A stretch of 64,000 nucleotides of DNA from NCBI GenBank assembly GCA_003242315.2, contig QGUY02000003.1, positions 141 through 64,140 on the forward strand, written 5' to 3'. A program made the position numbers and the translations under genes. This DNA comes from Bacteroidota bacterium (GTDB lineage: Bacteria; Bacteroidota; Bacteroidia; Cytophagales; Cyclobacteriaceae). The notes under the pieces were generated by a model. It ran no database searches, was not told the origin of the DNA, and saw nothing but the letters and a program-made list of their open reading frames with translations. Numbering within the stretch: the stretch's first letter is position 1; each line of letters begins with the position of its first letter. Below, piece after piece: positions 9,867 through 19,639 of this stretch.

Positions 9867-10466
9867 ATGAGAACGAGAACCTGGATACGATTTGTGCTAC
9901 TGGCATCTCTGCCTGTCTTCTTAGGTTGTAAGGACGACGATAAGGAAATTACGCCTACGCCTAAAGAGCCTGAAAATCCAATCACGACCTTCCTGGAGGA
10001 AAGCGACGATTTGGCGGAAGGCACCCGCACATCAGGTCCCTGGGAACTGGGTGTATTGTTCACTGCTTCGGTACCCGGAAAAATCACACAAGTGGGTAGC
10101 AAAATGCCGGAACCTGGCAGCTATCGGGTTATCATATGGGACTATGATACCGAAGAAATTCTCAGGCAGAAGACCGTCGAACAGACGGCTCCGGGAATAT
10201 TAAAGCTTTACGACATTGAGCCCTTGCTCATAGAAGACAATAAGAAATACATCATCAGTATCAATACCCGGGATTCAGGCGTGAATAAACCTTACTATTA
10301 CGCCGTCAAAACGGGTGGAGGCGATTTCGTGCCATTTACCCGGGGAAGTATCCTGGTACATGAGGCGTGTTACACATCGACCAGTGCAGCAGAGATGCCC
10401 GCCGCGGTGACCGACGTAACGTATGAGTTGTACGGCTTCCCGGAGTTTACGTTCATCCCGGATTGA
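9867..10466 (+). CDS. DUF4082-like lipoprotein, paralog 2
   Basis: Lipobox VFLGC. Collinear with paralog 1 through shared blocks ENPITTF, SGPWE, ASVPGKITQ, RQKTVEQT, YELYG and PEFTFIPD. Confidence 0.7.
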   Translation: MRTRTWIRFVLLASLPVFLGCKDDDKEITPTPKEPENPITTFLEESDDLAEGTRTSGPWELGVLFTASVPGKITQVGSKMPEPGSYRVIIWDYDTEEILRQKTVEQTAPGILKLYDIEPLLIEDNKKYIISINTRDSGVNKPYYYAVKTGGGDFVPFTRGSILVHEACYTSTSAAEMPAAVTDVTYELYGFPEFTFIPD

Positions 10467-10479
10467 TATAGCGCAAGCG

Positions 10480-12636
10480 TTACCGGATGCTTTCCGGTAA
10501 CGCAAATGCAATGATCTTACCCGAAGGATCTTCTCTGTTGCCAGATACCGCGATTACAACGTATTGCCGACCGCCGCAGGAATATGTCGCTGGCGTGGCG
10601 TAGCCAGGCCCCGGGAGTTCTGTTTCCCACAAGACATCACCCGTTTTCTTGTCAAATGCCCGGAACTTATTGTCACGTGTGGCCGCGATAAAGACAAGTC
10701 CGCCCCCAGTCACCATCGGTCCTCCCCAGTTTTCCATTCCAGTTTCAGGAGCGCCGGGTGCCTGAAGGTCGGGGTAATTTCCGAGCGGTCGTCTCCAGAG
10801 GTATTCGCCTGTGTTAAGGTCAATAGCATTGAGCGTTCCCCACGGCGGCTTGATCGCCGGCTTTCGACTCGGTCCACTAAAGTGTCCGTACGCCGTTGTG
10901 TTGAAATAATGCGTAGTGGTATCCTCTTCAACGGCTATGCTATTGGAAGGCGACGACTCAGTTTTGATGTCAAAAAGAAATGCAATGATCGCGTCGCGGT
11001 TCCCTTCAAGGAAAGGAGCGAACGCAGGCATCCTGCCCGAACCGTTCTCGATCACTGTTAACACTTGCGCTTTTGACAGGCGATCAGGCACTCCGAGCAG
11101 GCTGGGGTACAGTGGTTCCTGTCCTGCTCTGTCCGGACCGTGACACGACGCGCAGTTCTGATAGTAAAATGCTCTGCCCCGTTCATATGTCGATTGATTG
11201 TCCTTTGGAGCACTCTTTCTCACGCGTTCAACACGCGCTACCTCTGGCGACTCATTCGCGTTGATGTAGAGTACAGACGATTCCGGATCGTAGGCAGCAC
11301 CGCCCCATTCGGCACCGCCGCGTGTTCCCGGAAGCATCAATGTCCCTTTCGGATCTGGCGGTGTAAAAAGACCTTCATATCGAAGCGATGAAAGCGCATG
11401 AACAATTGAATCGCGAAAAGCCGGTGTCAAGTCGTTGATCTCTCCTTCCGTCATCTCCTGGCGCGCATAAGGCGCCGGATGTAGCGGGAAAGGCTGCGTG
11501 GGCCACGCTTCTTCACCCGGAATACGCGAGGGCGGCACAGCACGTTCCTCAATGGGAAACACCGGCTCGCCGGTTACGCGGTCGAACACATACAAAAAGG
11601 CGGTCTTGGAAATAAGTGCAACAGCATCGATAGTTTTTCCGCTGCGACGAATTGTGACGAGGTTAGCCGGGGCCGGCAAATCATAATCCCACAGATCGTG
11701 ATGCACGGTTTGGAAGTACCATAACAACTTTCCCGTGTTCGCATCTAGCGCGACGAGGGAATTACCAAAGAGGTTCTGGCCTTTTCGATCAGCACCATAG
11801 AAGTCGTACGTCGGTGATCCCAGTGGCGCATATACAATGCCTCGTTTCTCATCAAGACTCATTCCGCCCCAGTTGTTCGCACCACCTGCGTATTTCCAGG
11901 CATCAGGCGGCCATGTATCATACCCCTCCTCACCGGGATGAGGTATAGTATGAAAGATCCATTTCCGTTCACCGGTGCGAACATCATAAGCACGGATGTG
12001 TCCGGGCGCGGCGTCATATAGTTCAGATACTTCACCGCCAATGATGAACAAGTCCTTCCAGATAATTCCCGGCGAAGTAGGAATTACCCAAACGCCTTCT
12101 TTGTCTGTGTCGAGATTTTTATTCAGATCAACGCGTCCGTTTTCACCAAACGTAGCAATGGCCTCTCCGGTCAACGCATTAACTGCGTACAGATAATGAT
12201 CCGCCGTAAAAAGAATGCGCTTATCGCTACCGCTTTCCCAATACGTTACGCCTCTGCAATTGCCGCCACCCCGTTCACCCTGGAACGGATCGAACGACCA
12301 GACTTTCTCCCCTGTACGCGCATCGATGGCATACACATGACGCCGGGCCGACGTGGCATAGAGGAGTGTGTCAATGATGATCGGATTGCATTCATACTTA
12401 CCAAGTCTCATGCCGGGTAGTGCATCAGCCGGATCGAATGTCCAGGCAATCTCGAGCTGTCCAACGTTGTCTTTGTTGATCTGCGCGAGTGAAGAATAGC
12501 TGGAACTGGCAGCATCTGCCTTGTACACGCGCCATGTGTCGCCTTCCCTCTCGTCACCCGAATCACACGAGACGACACCTGCGAACAGGCAGCCAACAAC
12601 CACACACCCCAGAATGCGCCGCGAAATGGAATTCAT
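10480..12636 (-). CDS. PQQ-dependent dehydrogenase-type beta-propeller with internal c-type cytochrome domain
   Basis: Repeated Trp-containing blades (IAWTF, KVWSF, KWIFH, LLWYF, YLWRRPLG, VLWETELPG). CASCH heme-c motif at 11140-11154, ahead of the last blades. Lipoprotein-like signal ending VVSC, with start at ATG 12636. Confidence 0.8.
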   Translation of the reverse strand: MNSISRRILGCVVVGCLFAGVVSCDSGDEREGDTWRVYKADAASSSYSSLAQINKDNVGQLEIAWTFDPADALPGMRLGKYECNPIIIDTLLYATSARRHVYAIDARTGEKVWSFDPFQGERGGGNCRGVTYWESGSDKRILFTADHYLYAVNALTGEAIATFGENGRVDLNKNLDTDKEGVWVIPTSPGIIWKDLFIIGGEVSELYDAAPGHIRAYDVRTGERKWIFHTIPHPGEEGYDTWPPDAWKYAGGANNWGGMSLDEKRGIVYAPLGSPTYDFYGADRKGQNLFGNSLVALDANTGKLLWYFQTVHHDLWDYDLPAPANLVTIRRSGKTIDAVALISKTAFLYVFDRVTGEPVFPIEERAVPPSRIPGEEAWPTQPFPLHPAPYARQEMTEGEINDLTPAFRDSIVHALSSLRYEGLFTPPDPKGTLMLPGTRGGAEWGGAAYDPESSVLYINANESPEVARVERVRKSAPKDNQSTYERGRAFYYQNCASCHGPDRAGQEPLYPSLLGVPDRLSKAQVLTVIENGSGRMPAFAPFLEGNRDAIIAFLFDIKTESSPSNSIAVEEDTTTHYFNTTAYGHFSGPSRKPAIKPPWGTLNAIDLNTGEYLWRRPLGNYPDLQAPGAPETGMENWGGPMVTGGGLVFIAATRDNKFRAFDKKTGDVLWETELPGPGYATPATYSCGGRQYVVIAVSGNREDPSGKIIAFALPESIR

Positions 12637-12712
12637 AATGTTCGAAATCCCGTAAAAGAAGGCCCAACGTACGGAGGAAAGCAAGACCGTTCACGTAGGC
12701 CTTCTGCCTTCG

Positions 12713-15700
12713 CTATTCCCGGGAAGCGCTTTTGGATGTCAGCGAAGAAAGGAACTCGATCACATCACGGATTTCTCGCTTCGTAAGCAGCGTGCCCATA
12801 GGTGGCATGCTCGACGGCAGGTTTTCCCGTTTGCTAATGCGGGATTTTGCCACCACCAGTGGCTCCGCGTCGGAGGTTTTGAGGATCAACTGATCGGCAC
12901 GTTCTTCCATGAGTGTTCCTGATACAGTCTGTCCATCATTCAACGTGAGCGTAACCATTCCATAGCCAGGTGCAAGGCGAGCGCTTGGCTCGATAAGCGC
13001 CTCGAGAAGTTGCTGACGCGTAAGCTTGTCGCCAATCTCTGTTAACGGAGGTCCGACCTCAGCTCCGGGGTCTCCCACCGTGTGGCATCGCGCACACTGT
13101 GCTGTCTCATGTCGGATGAAGATCATACGCCCACGCCTGGCATCGCCGCCGAACAACGTCTCACTGAAGGCCGCGACACCGGTTGTAGCCGTTGGCCTCA
13201 GGGAGGCAGCCTTGGCAATCAGCTGTTCCGAACGCGTTGAGTCAACCGCTTCGAGAAGATCAAGGGTCACACCGGGCGACAGTTGTTTGTTCACCGCGCG
13301 CTGGATCAACGGCTCCAAAACAGGGCCGCTCTTCGCCGCATCCATTGCACCCAGTGCACGAAGGAGTTCCTGTTGCTCCCGGAGTGTACCCTGGCGGAAT
13401 ACGGCATTTGCAACAGCCTGAAGGTTCTGCACGGACATCTCGACGTCATTCAGCAGGCTCAGCGCGGTTGTCCGCACAGATCCATCGCGATCTTCCATGG
13501 CGCGGCGGACGGCATCCTGCAATCCGCTGAACCTGAGCTTATGCAGTGCCTGTAGCGCCGCAACGCGAATGCCGGACGACGGGTGACGCTGAAGCATGGC
13601 AAACAGATCATTTTCATAGCCTTGTATGCCAAGCTCACTGATCATCTTAGCTGCGGCGATGGCCACTTCCTCTACATTGCTCTTTAGTAATGCGCCGGCC
13701 GGTCCGCTCACTTTGGCAATCACCTCAGCGGGATCGCGCTTTATTACGCCGCGGTATCTTCCGTCCACCCGATCAGTGACTGACGGCTCCGGCCAGGTTG
13801 CCAGTGTCGCCAATGCTTCGGCGCGCATTTCCGCGGGCGCATCTTCGCGTTGAGCAAAGGCCACCAGCGTTTCAAGTTCCTTTGTTCCGCCAACGCGCAA
13901 GCACGCGTTAATCGCGCGGCGCAATAACGGCTCGGAAGTAAAGCGGGGATCGTTCAGAGTCTCAGCAAGGGCCGGAAGTGCGGCTTCTATAGACCAGTCG
14001 TCATTGATTGCCCGAGCTGCTTCCGTGACGATGTATTCATCCTCATCCTTCAGGAACAATGCAACCTGATCGCTGGCCAGACGGCGAAGGACAAGCACCG
14101 CTGCGATTCTCAACGAACGGCTGGGATGGTTGACCAGTTCAGCCATGGGCTTCGCAAATCCTATCCTCGAAAGCGCGAGCACACCGGCGTGACGGATGTA
14201 CACATCGCGGTCGCGATTGTCATCGATCATTCTCAGCAATGGCTCAATGGCAGGTGCGTACGCGATGCGTCCTAACGCCTGCGCGGCGAAGAATTTTACG
14301 CGCGGATTGTCGTGCTGCAGTAACGGTACGAGTGATTCGGCGGCTTTCTCGAACCGCTCATCACCGAGCACCTTTGCAGCCTGAGCGATAATTTCGGGGT
14401 CAGAGTCGTCCAGCAATTCAAGAAGGTCATCACCATAATCTTTGTTCTGGCGCATGAGTTGTCCCATTCCCCAGATGCCGTGAATTCTCGCCAGCTGATT
14501 GTCGGTTTGTTGAATGGCTTTCATGAAAGCCTCACGTCCCCTTTTAGCGCGGGACGCCAACTCAAACTGCGCCTTCTGCCGGATGCGCATATCGCCATAG
14601 AAGAGAAGATCGTATAGCACATCGACAGACTGGCTTTTGTAGTCCAGGGCCATGAGTCTTTTCGTCTCTGCCCGTTGTTCGGCCAGGTCATTCCTGTCCT
14701 GAGCCACATCAATTTTCCAGACTCTGCCGTAATTCTTTGTGCCCCATCCATTCACCCAGTCGGCCACATAAAGCGCCCCGTCAGGACCAAAGCGTATCCC
14801 TGTCGGGAGGATTCCGCTGATCACATCCTTTTCGTCCTTCAATTTGAAGGACGCTCCTTCCGGTTCCAGTCGAAATGCCCAAATGTGAGAGCGCGTAGGA
14901 TTGCCTACGAACTCCACGAGAAAGAAGGTATTCTTCCATTCGGACCCCAGGGCTGTTCCGGGATTATATGCCATACCCGTAGGCCCATTGTGATAGTTGA
15001 TGATTGGCGGAATGATATAGGCTGCCTGTCCCTCCCATCGCGGCTTGTACAGCTCTTCATCCATCCACACCTTGTACGTGTTGTTTTTCGGATCGGTATA
15101 CTTGCCATACTGCCAGTTGGCGCGCCATCCGGCATCATGTCCTTCAACGATGTGAACAAGACGTTCGCTTTCACCGGGATGATCACCATCGTTGTCTGAG
15201 GAGATGATGTTGCCGTATTCATCGAACACAAATTCATGCGTGTTTCGAAGACCGGCAGCAAACACTTCGAAATCGCTGCCGTCGGGATTAGATCGAACGA
15301 TAATACCCTGGTTGGGATATTTGAATTGTCGTCCATCGGGTGTCGTGATATTCGCGCCGATGTCACCGATGCCCCAGTATATCTTACCGTCCGGACCTTC
15401 AACGATGCCCGACATCCCGTGACCACTGAATCCGATGTGAACGGCGTAACCATGACTGATGGATACTTTCTTGTCCAGCACGCCATCACCGTTCGTATCC
15501 CAAAGCCGCCAAAGGTCTGGTCCCACGCCTACGAATACATCTTCATCGCGAACGAGCAATCCTCCGGCAACATCAGTGATCTCTTCGTTGAAATCCTTGA
15601 GTATACGTTCCGAGATATCGGCTTTGCCGTTGCCATCCGTGTCGGTCAGTCGCCACACCTCTTCCTGTTCCACTGCGAGATCGCGCCAGTCGTGCGACCC

Positions 15701-16123
15701 ATCGCCGTTCAAATCCTTTAACCATTCGTTTTCCTTGCTCTTTTCCGGTGCAAAGGTGCTGCGAAGAAAGGCGCGCCGATCTTCGACGGATTGCAAAGCG
15801 ATAGACGGTGTCATCCAGTGCCTGAATCCGCGGATGTCAAACTCGGAGTTTTTCTGACGGTTGGTACGTGTAAGGTAAACGCGACCCAGGTCGTCTACCG
15901 AGAGCGCTACGGGATCTGGTGCGAGCGAATCGGATGCCCAGAGGTCAATCGTGAGTCCCGGCGCAAGTTCGATGGCGAGGCTTTCCATCACTGTCTTGGC
16001 CATCTCTTCTTCCATTGCAGGATCTGCTTTGACGGCTACCGGAGTTTCTTTGGGGACGCGATTACAGGAAATGGCCGCCATCCAGATAATGGGCAGGGCG
16101 AGAACCAGACTGCGGAGGTTCAT
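12713..16123 (-). CDS. PVC-type heme-binding CxxCH protein (dehydrogenase-like propeller + HEAT repeats + cytochrome c)
   Basis: 1136 aa with lipoprotein signal AAISC. Central HEAT-like repeats (DPEIIAQAAKVLG, NPRVKFFAAQALG, SLRIAAVLVLRRL). C-terminal CARCH at 13082-13096. Confidence 0.8.
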   Translation of the reverse strand: MNLRSLVLALPIIWMAAISCNRVPKETPVAVKADPAMEEEMAKTVMESLAIELAPGLTIDLWASDSLAPDPVALSVDDLGRVYLTRTNRQKNSEFDIRGFRHWMTPSIALQSVEDRRAFLRSTFAPEKSKENEWLKDLNGDGSHDWRDLAVEQEEVWRLTDTDGNGKADISERILKDFNEEITDVAGGLLVRDEDVFVGVGPDLWRLWDTNGDGVLDKKVSISHGYAVHIGFSGHGMSGIVEGPDGKIYWGIGDIGANITTPDGRQFKYPNQGIIVRSNPDGSDFEVFAAGLRNTHEFVFDEYGNIISSDNDGDHPGESERLVHIVEGHDAGWRANWQYGKYTDPKNNTYKVWMDEELYKPRWEGQAAYIIPPIINYHNGPTGMAYNPGTALGSEWKNTFFLVEFVGNPTRSHIWAFRLEPEGASFKLKDEKDVISGILPTGIRFGPDGALYVADWVNGWGTKNYGRVWKIDVAQDRNDLAEQRAETKRLMALDYKSQSVDVLYDLLFYGDMRIRQKAQFELASRAKRGREAFMKAIQQTDNQLARIHGIWGMGQLMRQNKDYGDDLLELLDDSDPEIIAQAAKVLGDERFEKAAESLVPLLQHDNPRVKFFAAQALGRIAYAPAIEPLLRMIDDNRDRDVYIRHAGVLALSRIGFAKPMAELVNHPSRSLRIAAVLVLRRLASDQVALFLKDEDEYIVTEAARAINDDWSIEAALPALAETLNDPRFTSEPLLRRAINACLRVGGTKELETLVAFAQREDAPAEMRAEALATLATWPEPSVTDRVDGRYRGVIKRDPAEVIAKVSGPAGALLKSNVEEVAIAAAKMISELGIQGYENDLFAMLQRHPSSGIRVAALQALHKLRFSGLQDAVRRAMEDRDGSVRTTALSLLNDVEMSVQNLQAVANAVFRQGTLREQQELLRALGAMDAAKSGPVLEPLIQRAVNKQLSPGVTLDLLEAVDSTRSEQLIAKAASLRPTATTGVAAFSETLFGGDARRGRMIFIRHETAQCARCHTVGDPGAEVGPPLTEIGDKLTRQQLLEALIEPSARLAPGYGMVTLTLNDGQTVSGTLMEERADQLILKTSDAEPLVVAKSRISKRENLPSSMPPMGTLLTKREIRDVIEFLSSLTSKSASRE

Positions 16124-16204
16124 GTCAAATCATTCAATTGAAAGTGGATACAAAGGAACAATTATAGACAAAAACCCGTCAAGGGAAAACAATGTATCCG
16201 GGTG

Positions 16205-17440
16205 TCACCGGTCCACTTCACCAAGAACAATGTCGATAGAGCCCAGGATGGCGATTAGATCGGCTACAAGGACACCGCGGGCAATTTCTGGCAGCACTGA
16301 AAGATTGACAAAACTTGCTGAACGGCATTTGCAACGGAAAGGAATGTCGCTGCGACCATCGGCGCGGAAAAAGAAGCCCAATTCCCCTTTTGGCATTTCA
16401 CCCCGAATGTAAAAATCCTGTTTGGCGGGCCGAATCTTTTTAGGCACCATAGCCTGCGGATCGAAGTCGCGCGTTCGCTTGTGGTCTGTCAGAAGTCTGT
16501 CAATGCATTGTTCAACGATGTACAGCGACTGATAAATTTCTTCCAAACGTACCCATGTTCTGTCCCAGCAGTCGCCAACGGTTCCCATCTTTCCTTCGCC
16601 TATGGGAACGGAAAATTCCAATTCCGGGTAAACGGAATAACCGTCAACCTTGCGGAGATCAAAGCGAAGGCCCGACGCGCGAAGCATTGGACCTGTAACA
16701 CCGCAGTTGATGGCGAGGTCGAGGGGAAGCACGCCGACATTCGCGGTACGTTCAACAAAGATCTTATTCTCGACAAGTACTATTTCGAGTTCCTTGAGTT
16801 TCGGTTTGAAATAATTGACAAACTCGCGGCAACGTTCTTCAAAACCAATAGGGAGGTCGTAATACAGACCGCCGATCCAAATATAGTTGTAAAGAAGTCT
16901 TGCGCCGGATGCCCATTCAAGAAGCCGGAGAATGTGTTCGCGATCGCGCATGATCCAAAAGAACGGCGTGAACGAACCGATGTCCATGCCGTATGTACCG
17001 ATGGCGATCATGTGCGACGCAATGCGGTTGAGTTCGGCGACGAGGACACGAATGTACTCCACGCGCTTGGGTATCTGATCGGCAATTCCAAGCATGCGCT
17101 CCACACCCATGGCGTAGATATGCTCGTTGTTCATTGCTGTCACGTAATCACATCGATCAACAAACGGGATGATCTGGTTGTACGGAAGGTTTTCCGCGTG
17201 TTTCTCGAAGCATCGGTGGAGATAGCCGATGTGTGGCACCACTTCTTTGACGATCTCACCATCGAGCAGGACTTCCAGTCTTAGCACACCGTGCGTCGAA
17301 GGGTGCTGCGGCCCAAGGTTGATGATCAATTCCTCCTCTTTCAGGTCCTCCGCGCGAAGCGCGTTAGGCTCTGACTTGAGCAGGTTTTCTTCCTCAAACC
17401 GATACTGGACCTTATTCAATGTCTTTTCTCTAGTATTCAA
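16205..17440 (-). CDS. nuoD: NADH-quinone oxidoreductase subunit D
   Basis: NLGPQHPSTHGVLRL and a C-terminal ...DIVLGEVDR, typical of NuoD/49-kDa subunits. Confidence 0.95.
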   Translation of the reverse strand: MNTREKTLNKVQYRFEEENLLKSEPNALRAEDLKEEELIINLGPQHPSTHGVLRLEVLLDGEIVKEVVPHIGYLHRCFEKHAENLPYNQIIPFVDRCDYVTAMNNEHIYAMGVERMLGIADQIPKRVEYIRVLVAELNRIASHMIAIGTYGMDIGSFTPFFWIMRDREHILRLLEWASGARLLYNYIWIGGLYYDLPIGFEERCREFVNYFKPKLKELEIVLVENKIFVERTANVGVLPLDLAINCGVTGPMLRASGLRFDLRKVDGYSVYPELEFSVPIGEGKMGTVGDCWDRTWVRLEEIYQSLYIVEQCIDRLLTDHKRTRDFDPQAMVPKKIRPAKQDFYIRGEMPKGELGFFFRADGRSDIPFRCKCRSASFVNLSVLPEIARGVLVADLIAILGSIDIVLGEVDR

Positions 17441-17906
17441 CTTTAATACCGCGATAGTACTCCTGGTGGCGATAGTCTTTTCGCAGCGGGTAGCCTTCCC
17501 AGTCGGCAGGAAGCAAGATTCTTCTCAGATCGGGATGATCGGTGAAGCGTATTCCAAAGAGGTCATAGGCTTCCCTTTCGTGCCAGTTCGCGGTTCGATA
17601 CACAGATGTAACAGACGGCACCTCCGGATTATCGCGGGGCACTATAACGCGAACCATCAAATGATGATCAAACGGGATGGAATAGAGGTTGTAGATCACT
17701 TCCATCGTGCCGGCTTCAGGGCCGTTATCAAGGCCGGTAAGGCATGACAACATGTCGAAATAGCAATCAGGATCGCGTTGAAGAAATTCACACACATCGC
17801 GAATGTGTGAAGCCTCGACAATGACCATGCCCGGAGCGTCGCCTGGTTTTACCTTGTCACTCCACGTCGAGGTTAACTTCACTACGATGTCATTTACACT
17901 AGCCAT
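17430..17906 (-). CDS. nuoC: NADH-quinone oxidoreductase subunit C
   Basis: [27 protein letters not shown] motif. Overlaps nuoD by 11 nt. Confidence 0.9.
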   Translation of the reverse strand: MASVNDIVVKLTSTWSDKVKPGDAPGMVIVEASHIRDVCEFLQRDPDCYFDMLSCLTGLDNGPEAGTMEVIYNLYSIPFDHHLMVRVIVPRDNPEVPSVTSVYRTANWHEREAYDLFGIRFTDHPDLRRILLPADWEGYPLRKDYRHQEYYRGIKVEY

Positions 17907-18432
17907 TTACTGTCGTTTCATTAACCAGTTTCTCCAACGCTTTTGGCGCGACGAGGCTTTCTGACCGGATTTTTTCCTGCAACTTCAAAAAGCCACCGAT
18001 CAGCGCTTCCGGTCGCGGCGGACAGCCCGGGACGTAAACGTCCACAGGAATAATCCGATCAACACCCTTGACGACATGATACCCGTGCTGCCAGTAGGGC
18101 CCGCCGCAGTTAGAGCATGAGCCCATGGAAATAACATAACGGGGCTCCGCCATCTGTTCATACAACCTACGGATACGATCGGCCATTTTAAATGTGACCG
18201 TCCCCGCCACGATCATCACGTCCGCTTGTCTGGGGGATGCCCGGGGAGCCATACCAAAGCGGTCCATGTCGTACACCGTTGTGCCTGTAACCATAAACTC
18301 GAAGGCACAGCATGCGATACCGAAAGTCATGGGAAACATGGACGACAGCCTCGCCCAGTTGATCAGATCATCAAGCGCGGCTACGATGACGCCTCCCTCT
18401 TCAAATCTTCTGTCCAATAACCCTTTCATCAA
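17899..18432 (-). CDS. nuoB: NADH-quinone oxidoreductase subunit B
   Basis: N2 cluster cysteines in [18 protein letters not shown] and VPGCPPRPE. Overlaps nuoC by 8 nt. Confidence 0.95.
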   Translation of the reverse strand: MMKGLLDRRFEEGGVIVAALDDLINWARLSSMFPMTFGIACCAFEFMVTGTTVYDMDRFGMAPRASPRQADVMIVAGTVTFKMADRIRRLYEQMAEPRYVISMGSCSNCGGPYWQHGYHVVKGVDRIIPVDVYVPGCPPRPEALIGGFLKLQEKIRSESLVAPKALEKLVNETTVNG

Positions 18433-18452
18433 GTCCAGTTAACACCGAGCGA

Positions 18453-18920
18453 CTATCGGTAACGGTTGTACATTTCTTTGGGGATCGGCGACTTGTACTC
18501 GGTGGGTCGGGGTTCAGGTTTAACCCAATCGAGGTAACCTTTTGCCCATGCCCAGACAAGTCCCAGCGCCAGAATAAAAATAAAGAGGATCATCTCCACG
18601 AGAGAAAACCAGCCCCACAGGCCGTTGGTTTTCTCGATCAGCTCAGTCCTGCTGAAAATCGTTGCCCAGGGAAATAACAGCACAAGTTCTACCTCAAACA
18701 ATATGAAGATCAGTGCGATGACGTAAAATCTTGCATTGAACTGTCCCCACGACGCGCCAACAGGTTCTTCCCCGCTTTCATAGGGAGCACGCTTTTCTAC
18801 ATTGGGCCGGTTCGGCCGAGCCAAACGAGAGATCAGCAGGCTAACGATAATAAACAGTGCTCCTCCTACGATGAAGAGCAAAACCTCAGCAAATTCTGAG
18901 AGATATTCCTCTTGTTGCAT
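18453..18920 (-). CDS. nuoA: NADH-quinone oxidoreductase subunit A
   Basis: PYESGEEPVG...FYVIALIFILFEVELVLLFPWA. I prefer ATG 18920 (MQQEEYL) over the ORF-track start at 19013, which would overlap the upstream gene. Confidence 0.9.
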   Translation of the reverse strand: MQQEEYLSEFAEVLLFIVGGALFIIVSLLISRLARPNRPNVEKRAPYESGEEPVGASWGQFNARFYVIALIFILFEVELVLLFPWATIFSRTELIEKTNGLWGWFSLVEMILFIFILALGLVWAWAKGYLDWVKPEPRPTEYKSPIPKEMYNRYR

Positions 18921-18954
18921 GGACAAATATACAACAAGCTTGTTTGGGCCCAGA

Positions 18955-19638
18955 CTATTTTTCGGGAAGGTATTTCGACAACACCTGTTGCCATATCTGA
19001 TAGCCCTTAGCATTCAGGTGTAAATTGTCCTTCACGAAGATGTCCTTTTTCACGTTGCCATCCGCATCCAGCGCGGGCGTCCATACGTCCGCAAATTCCG
19101 TGTTGGGTTCGCTCTCCGCGTATTCCTTCAACGCCTTGTTGACGGCTTCATAGGTTTCCTTCAGATGCCATCGTGCAACGCTTGGCTTCGGCGAGATGAA
19201 CACAACCGGTGTATCACCCAGCTTTTCGCGTATCATCGCCCTCAGTTTGCGCGCGTTGGCAAGTATCTTCTCTGCCCCATCGCCCTGCACAATGTCGTTA
19301 TCTCCTTCATAAATGAAAATCTTAGTGGGCTTGTACGGCATGATGACACGCTCAGCATAGTAAATCAGGTCTGTAAAGTTGGAACCACCAAATCCCCGGT
19401 TGAGCACGCGATGCTCCGGAAAGTATGATGCAATATCCTTCCACAAGGCTATTGAAGAACTGCCCGTGAACAGCACCCCACCCGGCTGCGGAGGATTCGC
19501 GCGATCGGCCTTTTCAAACTCACGGATCGTTTTCTCCCATTTTTCCGGACCCTCACCCTGGCCAAACAGGGGAATTGCCAGGCAGGTGAAGAGAATAATC
19601 GCAAGGGCGGTTGATGTATGGATTGATTTCAATTTCAT
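18955..19638 (-). CDS. SGNH/GDSL-type hydrolase, secreted
   Basis: Blocks FTGSSSI, NRGFGGS, YEGDNDI and DNLHLN, plus an N-terminal signal peptide. Lies 34 nt upstream of nuoA on the same strand. Confidence 0.8.
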   Translation of the reverse strand: MKLKSIHTSTALAIILFTCLAIPLFGQGEGPEKWEKTIREFEKADRANPPQPGGVLFTGSSSIALWKDIASYFPEHRVLNRGFGGSNFTDLIYYAERVIMPYKPTKIFIYEGDNDIVQGDGAEKILANARKLRAMIREKLGDTPVVFISPKPSVARWHLKETYEAVNKALKEYAESEPNTEFADVWTPALDADGNVKKDIFVKDNLHLNAKGYQIWQQVLSKYLPEK

Positions 19639-19639
19639 G

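Noticed and set aside
14675-15857. Several 130-190-aa ORFs on both strands inside the 1136-aa gene
   Set aside because: They are overlapping or antisense frames of a long gene with clear domain structure. Their translations are low-complexity and Arg/Ser/Pro-rich.
16124-16204. Possible terminator between nuoD and the heme-c protein gene
   Set aside because: Only 3-4-bp stems are present (ccc/ggg, ccgg/ccgg). These are too weak to call.
16481-17284. 267-aa ORF on the plus strand
   Set aside because: It lies entirely antisense to nuoD, whose identity is unambiguous. It has no recognisable motifs and is a typical shadow ORF.
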